Shown in pieces: positions 39,365 through 47,576 of a stretch of 64,000 bases of DNA. Where the stretch lies: NCBI GenBank assembly GCA_964473815.1, contig CAYYQK010000003.1, positions 23,115-87,114 on the forward strand, read 5' to 3'. The position numbers and the translations under genes were made by a program. The first letter of the stretch is position 1. Every line of letters begins with the position of its first letter. Source of the stretch: an uncultured Candidatus Saccharibacteria bacterium (GTDB lineage Bacteria; Patescibacteriota; Doudnabacteria; UBA920). The notes below the pieces were generated by a model. It was not told where the DNA came from. It saw nothing but the letters and a program-made list of their open reading frames with translations, and did no database searches.

Positions 39365-40738
39365 TTATTCCACGGTCACCGTGGTGTCAAAGCCTTTACT
39401 GTTGTCAGACCAGTTCTGGCTGGGATTTGCCTTGCTCGGATCAAGGTCATTGATCGCGAGAAGTAAATTTCCACTTGAACTAGCTACCCCCTTATAATTT
39501 GGTCCGACCGGAAACCAAGAGCCATCCCCGATCTTTGCGATCAGAGCGCCCTTGAGAGCGGTTGGACACATATACATATTGATGTTCGAGAAGTATTCTT
39601 CCCTACTTATCAAAGGTGAACCAGTTGGCGACGTGCCACCGGGCCCACATTCCTCATGCCTTGTTGGATTGCCTGGATTTATATTCTTCCAGACTGCTGT
39701 TCCTGAGCCGGTGATAGTAATCTTCGACCCAGAAGAAACGTATCCAGCATTTATGCCGTTGTAGTTTTTCGCATCCACGAAAACCTTTTGGGTTCCCGCG
39801 ACTACTTTTCCTTGCGAAGGGGCCGCTGTATTAGAGGACCCGATCGAAGTTGGATTGTTTCTCGGCGCTGGACCGAAAGCCGCTACCGTCCTTTCTCCTA
39901 AAAAGATCAAGAACGCGAGCAATACCACAAACAGTGCGACCATCGGCAGGCCAGCTTTTTTATTTTTGCTGACTGCGGTGAACACGATACTTAACAACAA
40001 ACCAGCAAAAGCGATAAAAAGAACAATCGCCATTCCATAGTTTGTGGAAGCAAGGTTTTCCATCGCTGTATACTTAGGACCGATCGTTTCGATACGATCC
40101 GTAACACCCGACCAGAGGTTGGGTGCCATGTAGCCCAATGAATAAGCGATGGCCAATCCGATTCCGACAAGCACATTAAGTATGCCGTAGAACCGGAGCC
40201 ATGTTCCGTTCTCAGATCCGACGATGCAGGCTCCGAACAAAATTGCCCAGGAGCATCCAGCAACAACGAGAAATGCAAACGGATTTGTATAAACAGGAAA
40301 TATGATCGCATAGGCACAAAGCAGTTGCAATGTCGCCGCGATCGAGAAAATCACTTGATACACAAACCTTACCGCATCAGCAGAAGGCCCTTCGGGAAGG
40401 TTTAAACCATCCCCAGGTAGCCACTCAGTTCCTTGATTCAAGACAGTTCGGATTGCCTCATATCCGTAAGTAATGCCCGTGAGTGCGACTGCGCAACGAG
40501 CAGCAAAAATTACTAGAAGCAAACCACCAAACAGCCAGGCAAAACCGAATAACCACATCGCAAATCTGGGCACATTAGCCCAGTAGCCGATCAATGTCCC
40601 GCTTACAAGCAAGGCACCAATGAAGGCTGCAGCCCTTACCAATGAGGCGAAGGCTGCATCGATGTTGTCATCAACCCACAGAATAACGTCAGCCCCTGTC
40701 CCAATTAGGCGGCCGAAAATCATTTGAAGAAAATTCAT
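39365..40738 (-). CDS. Polytopic membrane protein with C-terminal LecA/PA-IL-like lectin domain
   Basis: About 7 TM helices, a linker, then G..ITI.G.G, GP.G, C..A..GAL..KIG and ND...DNS..F, matching the PA-IL pattern. Confidence 0.75.
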   Translation of the reverse strand: MNFLQMIFGRLIGTGADVILWVDDNIDAAFASLVRAAAFIGALLVSGTLIGYWANVPRFAMWLFGFAWLFGGLLLVIFAARCAVALTGITYGYEAIRTVLNQGTEWLPGDGLNLPEGPSADAVRFVYQVIFSIAATLQLLCAYAIIFPVYTNPFAFLVVAGCSWAILFGACIVGSENGTWLRFYGILNVLVGIGLAIAYSLGYMAPNLWSGVTDRIETIGPKYTAMENLASTNYGMAIVLFIAFAGLLLSIVFTAVSKNKKAGLPMVALFVVLLAFLIFLGERTVAAFGPAPRNNPTSIGSSNTAAPSQGKVVAGTQKVFVDAKNYNGINAGYVSSGSKITITGSGTAVWKNINPGNPTRHEECGPGGTSPTGSPLISREEYFSNINMYMCPTALKGALIAKIGDGSWFPVGPNYKGVASSSGNLLLAINDLDPSKANPSQNWSDNSKGFDTTVTVE

Positions 40739-40756
40739 TTTTTTCCTTGCCCCAAT

Positions 40757-41434
40757 TTATTTACGGAAGGGGTTTAACCATCCTGAAATTCCTCGCGCCG
40801 GCTTTGAAGCCGCTTTCCGGACCGGATCATCAGAGAACCGATCACTCAACCTCTGTAATGACCCGTCCATATGCTTCTTCGCCTTTTTGGCTTGTTTGCC
40901 AAACAGTTTCTTATCCTTGTCAGCAAGGATTTCGAACTCTGTTTTGGAAAAATAACCCGCGGCGATCAGCCAATCCTTGCGCTCTTTATGTGTGCCGAGA
41001 GCGGCCGCAGTGGCCAACTTATTCTGGCGTATTTCGGCGTTCGCTTCTTTTGCGTGGCCGATGCGAACCCTTCGCATAACTTCAGGGCTTTTCTTCTCAA
41101 GCTTTTTGAAAGTCTTGATCAGATCTTTTGCATCAGCGTCCGTAGCGAGTCCTAACCGCATAACCTCCATGAGGTCCTCGGCCAATTTTTCCTCGTCACG
41201 TTCGCCAACACCATGCGGATCCGGGCGGAGAGTGGTGGCCAAAGCGATCGCCTCGTCTTCCTTGTCTTCTCCGAGCAAACCCGAAATCTTTTGTAGGGTA
41301 TCCTTTACAGGCCCCTGATTTTTCCCGAACAACATGTAAGCAGTTGCATCGGCGCCAAGGGATAGCAGATACTCCATAACCATCCCCACACTCTTGTCTT
41401 TTATTTTGTTCAGAATCTCTTGCTTGTCCATCAT
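40757..41434 (-). CDS. Hypothetical helical charged protein
   Basis: TAATG coupling with the upstream gene; GAGG before ATG 41434. Confidence 0.75.
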   Translation of the reverse strand: MMDKQEILNKIKDKSVGMVMEYLLSLGADATAYMLFGKNQGPVKDTLQKISGLLGEDKEDEAIALATTLRPDPHGVGERDEEKLAEDLMEVMRLGLATDADAKDLIKTFKKLEKKSPEVMRRVRIGHAKEANAEIRQNKLATAAALGTHKERKDWLIAAGYFSKTEFEILADKDKKLFGKQAKKAKKHMDGSLQRLSDRFSDDPVRKAASKPARGISGWLNPFRK

Positions 41435-42324
41435 TACCTCTTTGTCAATCTGAAGTGAAGGGATTGAGCAGTTTCTGCATGCGTCACTGTGACACTGCAT
41501 GACCTACCCAGGAAATTAAATCCGATCGATTGAAGTCCGCTTTTTGGCGTTGTCCATCGATGCGCACGTACGTTTGTCGCGATAGGAGCACCTGTGAATA
41601 AATTACTAATCGTGAGCGGCGCAGTAGATGTGATTATCATCTTCTGCCCTGCTAACTGATTAGCGTCATTAAAGGTGCTAATGTTTCGCTTAAACGTATG
41701 ACCAGCAGTAACTCGTTCTTCGCTATCACCCGGAGGGTCAAGTTTGAAGCGACCTGCTTTCGAAGCGACTGAAACCGTTGGCACTGAGTCTTGAGGGATC
41801 GGTCTAGTAACACGCTGTGAACCATAAACGATTGACACATGTGTCACAAACTCATCCAACTTGGAAATGTCGATTGACTTTTTCCCCAAACCCGTCAAGT
41901 CAGTGATGACTTGCTCGGGCACTCCAGGCGAACTTTCTAGCCTCGCCTGGTAAGGATTGTTCTGATTGCCGACGAACAGATCGATAGCTGTGGAGATAGG
42001 TTTTCCATTCTCCAAGTACCGAACTGTAAGATGTATCTTTTCGCCTTTCTTGCCTTCCACGAATAATTCCATGGTGGCCTTTGGTCCTTTGGGTGAAAAT
42101 GTCTTTCCGGCTCCTGTGCTGACGATCTTTATATTGACTGCCTTAGGTTTCGCTGGATCAGAGCTATCGACGTCGAAAGTTACCTCGTCGTCGTCTGACA
42201 GCTTTTTTTTGTCCGCTGGATCAACATCAGTCACCGAAAAATAGAGATCCCCACTGCCCGAAGGCGAAGGGAAATCCAAATATCCACGTTTTCCGTTAAA
42301 GATTTTCACTTTTGCCTGTGGCAT
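41434..42324 (-). CDS. Cold-shock-domain protein fused to beta-rich domains
   Basis: KVKIFNGKRGY, DLYF, L....EVTFDV, PKAVNI; GGAGGA SD. Confidence 0.75.
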   Translation of the reverse strand: MPQAKVKIFNGKRGYLDFPSPSGSGDLYFSVTDVDPADKKKLSDDDEVTFDVDSSDPAKPKAVNIKIVSTGAGKTFSPKGPKATMELFVEGKKGEKIHLTVRYLENGKPISTAIDLFVGNQNNPYQARLESSPGVPEQVITDLTGLGKKSIDISKLDEFVTHVSIVYGSQRVTRPIPQDSVPTVSVASKAGRFKLDPPGDSEERVTAGHTFKRNISTFNDANQLAGQKMIITSTAPLTISNLFTGAPIATNVRAHRWTTPKSGLQSIGFNFLGRSCSVTVTHAETAQSLHFRLTKR

Positions 42325-42450
42325 GTAGTTTCCTCCGAAATATTCAGTTTTTAATGTACAATTGCAGGCAAAAGGTTATTTTGCCAAAACAATTTACTTG
42401 ATAAATAAGCTGTTTTCGCTAAATAACCGTTATTATTTAATTTGATATAT

Positions 42451-42479
42451 AGTATACCATAAATCTTGATTATTGTCAA
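42451..42479 (-). promoter_or_regulatory. sigma70-type promoter of the accessory operon
   Basis: TTGACA-N17 (with TG)-TATACT on the - strand. Confidence 0.8.
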
Positions 42480-42520
42480 TAGATACTAAAAAACCCCTTT
42501 GTTTTGGGGTTTTTTGTATA

Positions 42521-42802
42521 TTATTCCAATGCTTTTCTGGTTTTTAGTAACTCTAGACTTTCCATTGCTTCATTTTCTATACTTTCTAAATCTTTGAGTT
42601 GTTGAACCAATTCTGCTGTATTTTCCAGATATTCTTCATTAGCTCTATTTTTAGCTTTTACGTAAATTTCGGCTATTAACGTATACATTTCGGCTTTTTC
42701 GTTCTCAGTTAGATCTCCCGCCAAAGCTTCTTCTATAATTTTTTTTGCCTCTTCAAGATTATTACCTTCCAAATATTCTTGCAATAAATCTAAATTATTC
42801 AT
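42521..42802 (-). CDS. Small acidic helical hypothetical protein
   Basis: MNNLDLL start overlaps the upstream stop; terminator-like hairpin at about 42488-42515. Confidence 0.7.
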   Translation of the reverse strand: MNNLDLLQEYLEGNNLEEAKKIIEEALAGDLTENEKAEMYTLIAEIYVKAKNRANEEYLENTAELVQQLKDLESIENEAMESLELLKTRKALE

Positions 42803-43937
42803 TGAAGCTCTCCATAGCAAACTTCAACAAAATCTGTTTTGATTTTGGTAGTTTGTCCATTAATTTGTCATTAATATAATCAACTATAAATGTTTCAGTT
42901 TCTTCCTTGGTCTTCCCACCAAGTTTTTCTCGCTTAAATACTGGTTTCAATACTTCTTTCATTTTATTTAAAGTAAGTGAACCATCTTTAATGTTTTCAA
43001 CTGCTGATTTTAGATCTTTCGTAAATGCTTTATCTAAATTATTATCAACTTCTTCCGTGAAGCTATCCAAATCAAAACCTTCCGGAAGATACTCACCCTT
43101 CTCTGTCAGTTTGTCTATAAATGCTCTTGTCTCATCTAATCCTTTGACTTTTTTAGTTGCTTTATTTGCTGGATCAGTGAGCTCTTTAAGTCGTTTATCA
43201 ACTTTATTTTGTTGTAGTTCACGAATGCTTTCCATAGGTTCTAAGTCATCAAATATTTTCCCTCGTAAATCTTTGATATTACTTAGAAGGGAGTTTAATT
43301 CCACTTCAGTTTTTTCACCTTCCTTAAATTTTCTAAAGATTTCAATGGACTGATTCTTTAAATTGGCTAAGTCAATACCATTCTCAGTAGCAGATTCTCT
43401 TGCTGCTTTATGGTCGGTAGAGTACCGTCGCATAAATTGCAAACTTTTTTTCGTGCTTGCAAGTTTTTGTACTGCTTCCTGTTGAGCTCGCAGCTTTTCC
43501 ATCCCTCCCAATTTCTCTAAAGCTTTATTTTGTTCTGTAACCTTTTCATTCAACTCTCGAAATTTTGCTATCTCTGAAGAAAGTTCACTGATTCTTTCAG
43601 GACTTTCTATTAATTGTTGTTCTAGGTATTTATCTATTGCTTCCGCTACTTGTCCTGATTCGTCTTTATCAAAACTTAAACCAATATCTTTTTTGAAATC
43701 ATCTTTAATGATGGTTTGAATTTCTTTAGATACTTTTTCTTTACTCTTGAAAGCTTCATGAGACTTTTTCAAGGTCTCCAAATTTGAATCCACATCTAAA
43801 CTAGGATCGGAATCCACGAACTTCATAAACCGAGCATCATTAAATATGCTCTCTTTATCTTTTTGGTCCTGCTGGGTTTTCAGTTCTGCCTCTGTTGGAC
43901 CTGCGGGCGCTTTGTCTTTTCTACTAAACCATCCCAT
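42795..43937 (-). CDS. Coiled-coil hypothetical protein
   Basis: 380 aa, K/E-rich heptads, AT-rich DNA. Confidence 0.8.
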   Translation of the reverse strand: MGWFSRKDKAPAGPTEAELKTQQDQKDKESIFNDARFMKFVDSDPSLDVDSNLETLKKSHEAFKSKEKVSKEIQTIIKDDFKKDIGLSFDKDESGQVAEAIDKYLEQQLIESPERISELSSEIAKFRELNEKVTEQNKALEKLGGMEKLRAQQEAVQKLASTKKSLQFMRRYSTDHKAARESATENGIDLANLKNQSIEIFRKFKEGEKTEVELNSLLSNIKDLRGKIFDDLEPMESIRELQQNKVDKRLKELTDPANKATKKVKGLDETRAFIDKLTEKGEYLPEGFDLDSFTEEVDNNLDKAFTKDLKSAVENIKDGSLTLNKMKEVLKPVFKREKLGGKTKEETETFIVDYINDKLMDKLPKSKQILLKFAMESFNE

Positions 43938-44002
43938 ATTTTTGATTAATTAATTACCTTCAATATATCCCATAAAGATGCCGATTGTCCAGATCTGGGT
44001 CT

Positions 44003-46561
44003 TTAAACCGTCTTCTCCACACTTGCCTCACCTGCAGCCATCATGTCTGCCACGCGACTCGCCTCTAAAATTTCCGACTCCACCTCTGCGCGAGGTCGGC
44101 CAAACTTCAAGCGCGACAACTGGCGTATAGCCGCTGCCACACTCGCCTGTTCTGGCGTTGCTTTCGGCAAAGGATAAGTCGCCATGTTAAACGGCTTTGA
44201 TGCTGTCCCGTTAATCATCAACTTTACAAACGCATTAAAGCGATCAACATTCAACAAATCAAAATCATTAAACACGGGTGCGAATTCTTTGGCCATAACT
44301 TCAGCATCTTCCACACCAATTCTAAAACTTACCATACTACCTGCATTCCCAAACACCGCGTCACGCAAGTCGTGACTGCCCGCGCCTTGCACACCAGCAC
44401 CTTGTTCTAACTGACCCAAAAACTGATGGCCAATAATTAAATTCAAACGATACTTACGCGCCTCACTCAAAATGGAAGAAAACGCGTCAGTAATAAAGTT
44501 TTGAAATTCATCTACGTACAAATAGAAGTCACGCCGTTGATCTTCCGGAATATCTGCGCGTGACATGGCGGCCATCTGAATCTTACTCACCAAAATCAAA
44601 CCAATCAATTTAGCATTCATTTCGCCCACCTTGCCCTTAGCCAAATTCACCAATAAAATTTTTCCATTATCCATTACATCGCGGAAGTTAAACGCACTTT
44701 TCGACTGACCAACAATGTTGCGCATCATGCTGTTCTCGACGAACCGTCCCACTTTAGAAACTAAATAACCCAACATTTCTGATTTATGAAAGTCCGAAGT
44801 CTTCGCCATTTCTTTTTCCCAGAACGCGCGCACAACCGGATCAGTCAACTTTCCAATTTTATATTTTTGAAATTCTACATCGGTGAACATGCGCGGAATT
44901 TCCACAATCGTTCCCGGATGCTCACTGTCCGACATTAAGGTCAACATAGCGTTACGCATATTGTGTTCAAACATCGGACCAAGCATGGCTGGGTCTGTCA
45001 CTAACTTGTAGAAAATGGAGATCATTTCCTGTACAGCAAAATCTTTTTCGCTCTCTTCTCTAATTTCGAGCATGTTCAGACCCATTGGTCTTTCCGTGTC
45101 GAACGGCTCGAATAAAATGACGTCCTCAGCGCGCTCTTTTGGAATGTGAGGTAAAATATCTTCAATGAAATCGCCATGCGGGTCGATCACGCACAACCCT
45201 TCCCCATTCTTAATATCTTGCACAGACATGTACTTCATTAACTCGGTTTTACCAACGCCCGTGCGACCAAGAATGTACATGTGGCGGCGGCGATCGTCGC
45301 GCGCAGCCTTAATCTGTGTTTCCACACCACGGTAAATATTGCGCCCCAGCAATACGCCTTCGCTAGACAAATTGACCGGCGCCGGCGCCTTTTTAGATTG
45401 CAACCACTTAATATTCGGCGTTTCCAAAAACGGCGTTGGCAAATGCCAAAGGCTAGTTAGTTCTTCTGTATTTAAAATCATCTTCTTGCCGTATCCGCGA
45501 TAAATCCGGAAAATAAAATCTTTAACAATATTCGGTGTCTTACGCTTCTTTAACCTAAACCCGTTAAACGGCGGCATGTTGTACTGCAAAAACGACGACA
45601 CAATGCTATTCAAATTCACTGCCGCCGCACCAGGATTTAGTGATGAAGTAATTATGCGAATATTAGTTTTAAACCCAGGTCGACTGGCCTTCTCTTCAAA
45701 CTTCTTCACCATCTCTTGTTGCATTGGTGTTAAGTTTATCGGGCTATACATACCAGATAAATCCTGATGATGCTGACCAACGCTGTCACCTGGAACAGAT
45801 TTCCCTAAAGTGCTTTCCCGCACAGTTGTAAAAGCTTCACTGGCTACGCGGGCACCGATCCCCTTCACAACTTTGTCTGGATTTTTTCCTTGCTGGATTT
45901 CCAGCGCCATATGACGCGGTTTGTGTTGCCAATGATTTCCCGCAGGTGACAAAATAAATTGAATTGCTGCGCCTTCCCCATCACCCATCTTTGACATTGC
46001 ATTGGTCAAAGAATTCAACGGATCGGTTTCCATATTTTTGTAAGTGCGGATTGGGAAAACATACGGGCGCATTGCTTGTAATTCTGCAGCAGCAATTTGA
46101 CCGCCTTTTTGGAATGGATTGTAACCGCGGATAATTTCAATGTATGAATGCGGATACTGTGCCTGCAATTGCTTTTCAATCAACTGCTGCAAATGCATTG
46201 GACAGTTAATGTAAAAAGAAATCTTTTTGTCGACACAAGCAATTTCAAAACTAATATATTCTTTGGGTTGCCACCACCAATTTTCATGACTAATTTCCGA
46301 CAGCGAAGTAAACAATTGCTCAGCCACAGCGACCATATTTTTTTTCGCTTCTTCGTTCGTTGCCAACTGCGGATTTTTATCATCAGAGTTTTCCTTTGGC
46401 ATTTGCACTTCCATAAACACCCACTTTTTTGTGCGAGGCAGAATCACTTTGTTCAAATACCAATGGCGATGAAGGTAATAAATAAGGTACGCCAAAAAGA
46501 CCGTTACCAGGACGGCCAATACAAGAACTGCGATTAAAACTGAGTTTACCTCAAACGGCAT
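44003..46561 (-). CDS. VirD4/TraG-like (HerA/FtsK superfamily) membrane-anchored ATPase
   Basis: N-terminal TM, Walker A GRTGVGKT, IDPHGD, Walker B YVDEFQ, EARKY. Confidence 0.88.
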   Translation of the reverse strand: MPFEVNSVLIAVLVLAVLVTVFLAYLIYYLHRHWYLNKVILPRTKKWVFMEVQMPKENSDDKNPQLATNEEAKKNMVAVAEQLFTSLSEISHENWWWQPKEYISFEIACVDKKISFYINCPMHLQQLIEKQLQAQYPHSYIEIIRGYNPFQKGGQIAAAELQAMRPYVFPIRTYKNMETDPLNSLTNAMSKMGDGEGAAIQFILSPAGNHWQHKPRHMALEIQQGKNPDKVVKGIGARVASEAFTTVRESTLGKSVPGDSVGQHHQDLSGMYSPINLTPMQQEMVKKFEEKASRPGFKTNIRIITSSLNPGAAAVNLNSIVSSFLQYNMPPFNGFRLKKRKTPNIVKDFIFRIYRGYGKKMILNTEELTSLWHLPTPFLETPNIKWLQSKKAPAPVNLSSEGVLLGRNIYRGVETQIKAARDDRRRHMYILGRTGVGKTELMKYMSVQDIKNGEGLCVIDPHGDFIEDILPHIPKERAEDVILFEPFDTERPMGLNMLEIREESEKDFAVQEMISIFYKLVTDPAMLGPMFEHNMRNAMLTLMSDSEHPGTIVEIPRMFTDVEFQKYKIGKLTDPVVRAFWEKEMAKTSDFHKSEMLGYLVSKVGRFVENSMMRNIVGQSKSAFNFRDVMDNGKILLVNLAKGKVGEMNAKLIGLILVSKIQMAAMSRADIPEDQRRDFYLYVDEFQNFITDAFSSILSEARKYRLNLIIGHQFLGQLEQGAGVQGAGSHDLRDAVFGNAGSMVSFRIGVEDAEVMAKEFAPVFNDFDLLNVDRFNAFVKLMINGTASKPFNMATYPLPKATPEQASVAAAIRQLSRLKFGRPRAEVESEILEASRVADMMAAGEASVEKTV

Positions 46562-46944
46562 TATTTGATGGCATTATCGGAATTTTTACCAAAATCTAAG
46601 GCACCTTCCTGGATCTTCTCGGCCATAGACAAGTACTCATCGCCCGGATGATCCCCGGTTAAATCGTTAGTAGTTTCTTCCACGGATTGCAAATAGTTGT
46701 TAAGGTTTTGAACTTTTTCTTCATTGCCCATTTCGGCCGGCACTTGGTCAGGAACCAATGCAGTGAGATCAGGTGATTCTCCAAAATTGCTTGGGTTTTC
46801 CTGTTTCGGCGCGATATCAATTGCATTATGATCCAGAGAATGATCGGTTTCTAAACCTTTCGCCTGTTCTTGGGCGTTCTCTGGTTGATTTTGAATGTGA
46901 TCTGGAGTTAAACCAGCTTCCAAATGTCCTTTGTTTTCTTCCAT
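46561..46944 (-). CDS. Acidic, probably disordered hypothetical protein
   Basis: TAATG coupling with the ATPase; extended -10 upstream. Confidence 0.7.
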   Translation of the reverse strand: MEENKGHLEAGLTPDHIQNQPENAQEQAKGLETDHSLDHNAIDIAPKQENPSNFGESPDLTALVPDQVPAEMGNEEKVQNLNNYLQSVEETTNDLTGDHPGDEYLSMAEKIQEGALDFGKNSDNAIK

Positions 46945-47009
46945 TTTTTGTTTCTAATTGTAGTTTTGTCTTCAATATTATACCATATTTGCATGCAAAC
47001 CTAAAACTA

Positions 47010-47038
47010 TTGACAAAGGCTTAATTTAGAGGTATATT
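47010..47038 (+). promoter_or_regulatory. sigma70-type promoter with no downstream ORF
   Basis: TTGACA-N17-TATATT, followed 6 nt later by a structured RNA. Confidence 0.75.
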
Positions 47039-47044
47039 ATTGGT

Positions 47045-47140
47045 GTATCCATGAAGCGAAAGCTTTATTCAGCCACGGCTTTCTAGCCCATGCTGAAAGT
47101 GGGTACGAATTAAAGCAGCCTTTTCTTGGCTGTTTTAATT
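47045..47140 (+). ncRNA. Putative small structured RNA (three-way junction plus terminator)
   Basis: P1 GTATCCA/TGGGTAC; P2 TGAAGC-GAAA-GCTTTA; P3 TTCAGC..GGCT-TTCT-AGCC..GCTGAA; 13-bp terminator at 47108-47140. Confidence 0.65.
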
Positions 47141-47482
47141 TTAAAAAACGCTGTAAAAAATGATTGGGCCCGATCCAGTTTTCCTGAGAACCACTTCTAC
47201 TGAGCCTGGCTTCAATGCCAAATATATCTCAGTTTTATTCCCGATTACCCTAGCTTCTGTATTATAAATGGACTGTGCCGAATTAATTATTCTTATTGCT
47301 TCTGATAAAAGTGATAAACGGCGTAAATATTCCTCTTTAGTTCTAGCATGACCTAAACCATTATAACGCAAGTGGTATAATCCTTTGGAGTTAAAAATCA
47401 CATCTGATTTTAAAACCGGGCAATAAACTTTCCTGATGGTTTTATACCATCTTTTTGTTTCTTCAATAAATTTTTGTGTCAT
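47141..47482 (-). CDS. Putative BECR/RelE-like (LPD3/PBECR-type) ribonuclease
   Basis: 113-aa basic protein with VIFN.KG..HL, R..LL....II and a C-terminal hairpin VEVVLRK.G.G...FYSVF. Recognised by eye only. Confidence 0.6.
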   Translation of the reverse strand: MTQKFIEETKRWYKTIRKVYCPVLKSDVIFNSKGLYHLRYNGLGHARTKEEYLRRLSLLSEAIRIINSAQSIYNTEARVIGNKTEIYLALKPGSVEVVLRKTGSGPIIFYSVF

Positions 47483-47531
47483 ATCAAAATAGATAAGATA
47501 TCAGCTTATCTAAAAATCAAAATTGCGTCAA

Positions 47532-47563
47532 TAAAAAAGCCCCTGGAAAATTCCAGAGGCTTT
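47532..47563 (-). terminator. Terminator after secY
   Basis: AAAGCC.CTGGAA-AA-TTCCAG.GGCTTT. Confidence 0.8.
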
Positions 47564-47576
47564 AAAAAAATTTTAT

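Noticed and set aside
44003-46561. Integrated conjugative element
   Set aside because: No relaxase, integrase, virB genes or att repeats.
47045-47106. Hammerhead ribozyme
   Set aside because: It is a three-way junction but lacks the unpaired CUGANGA/GAAA core.
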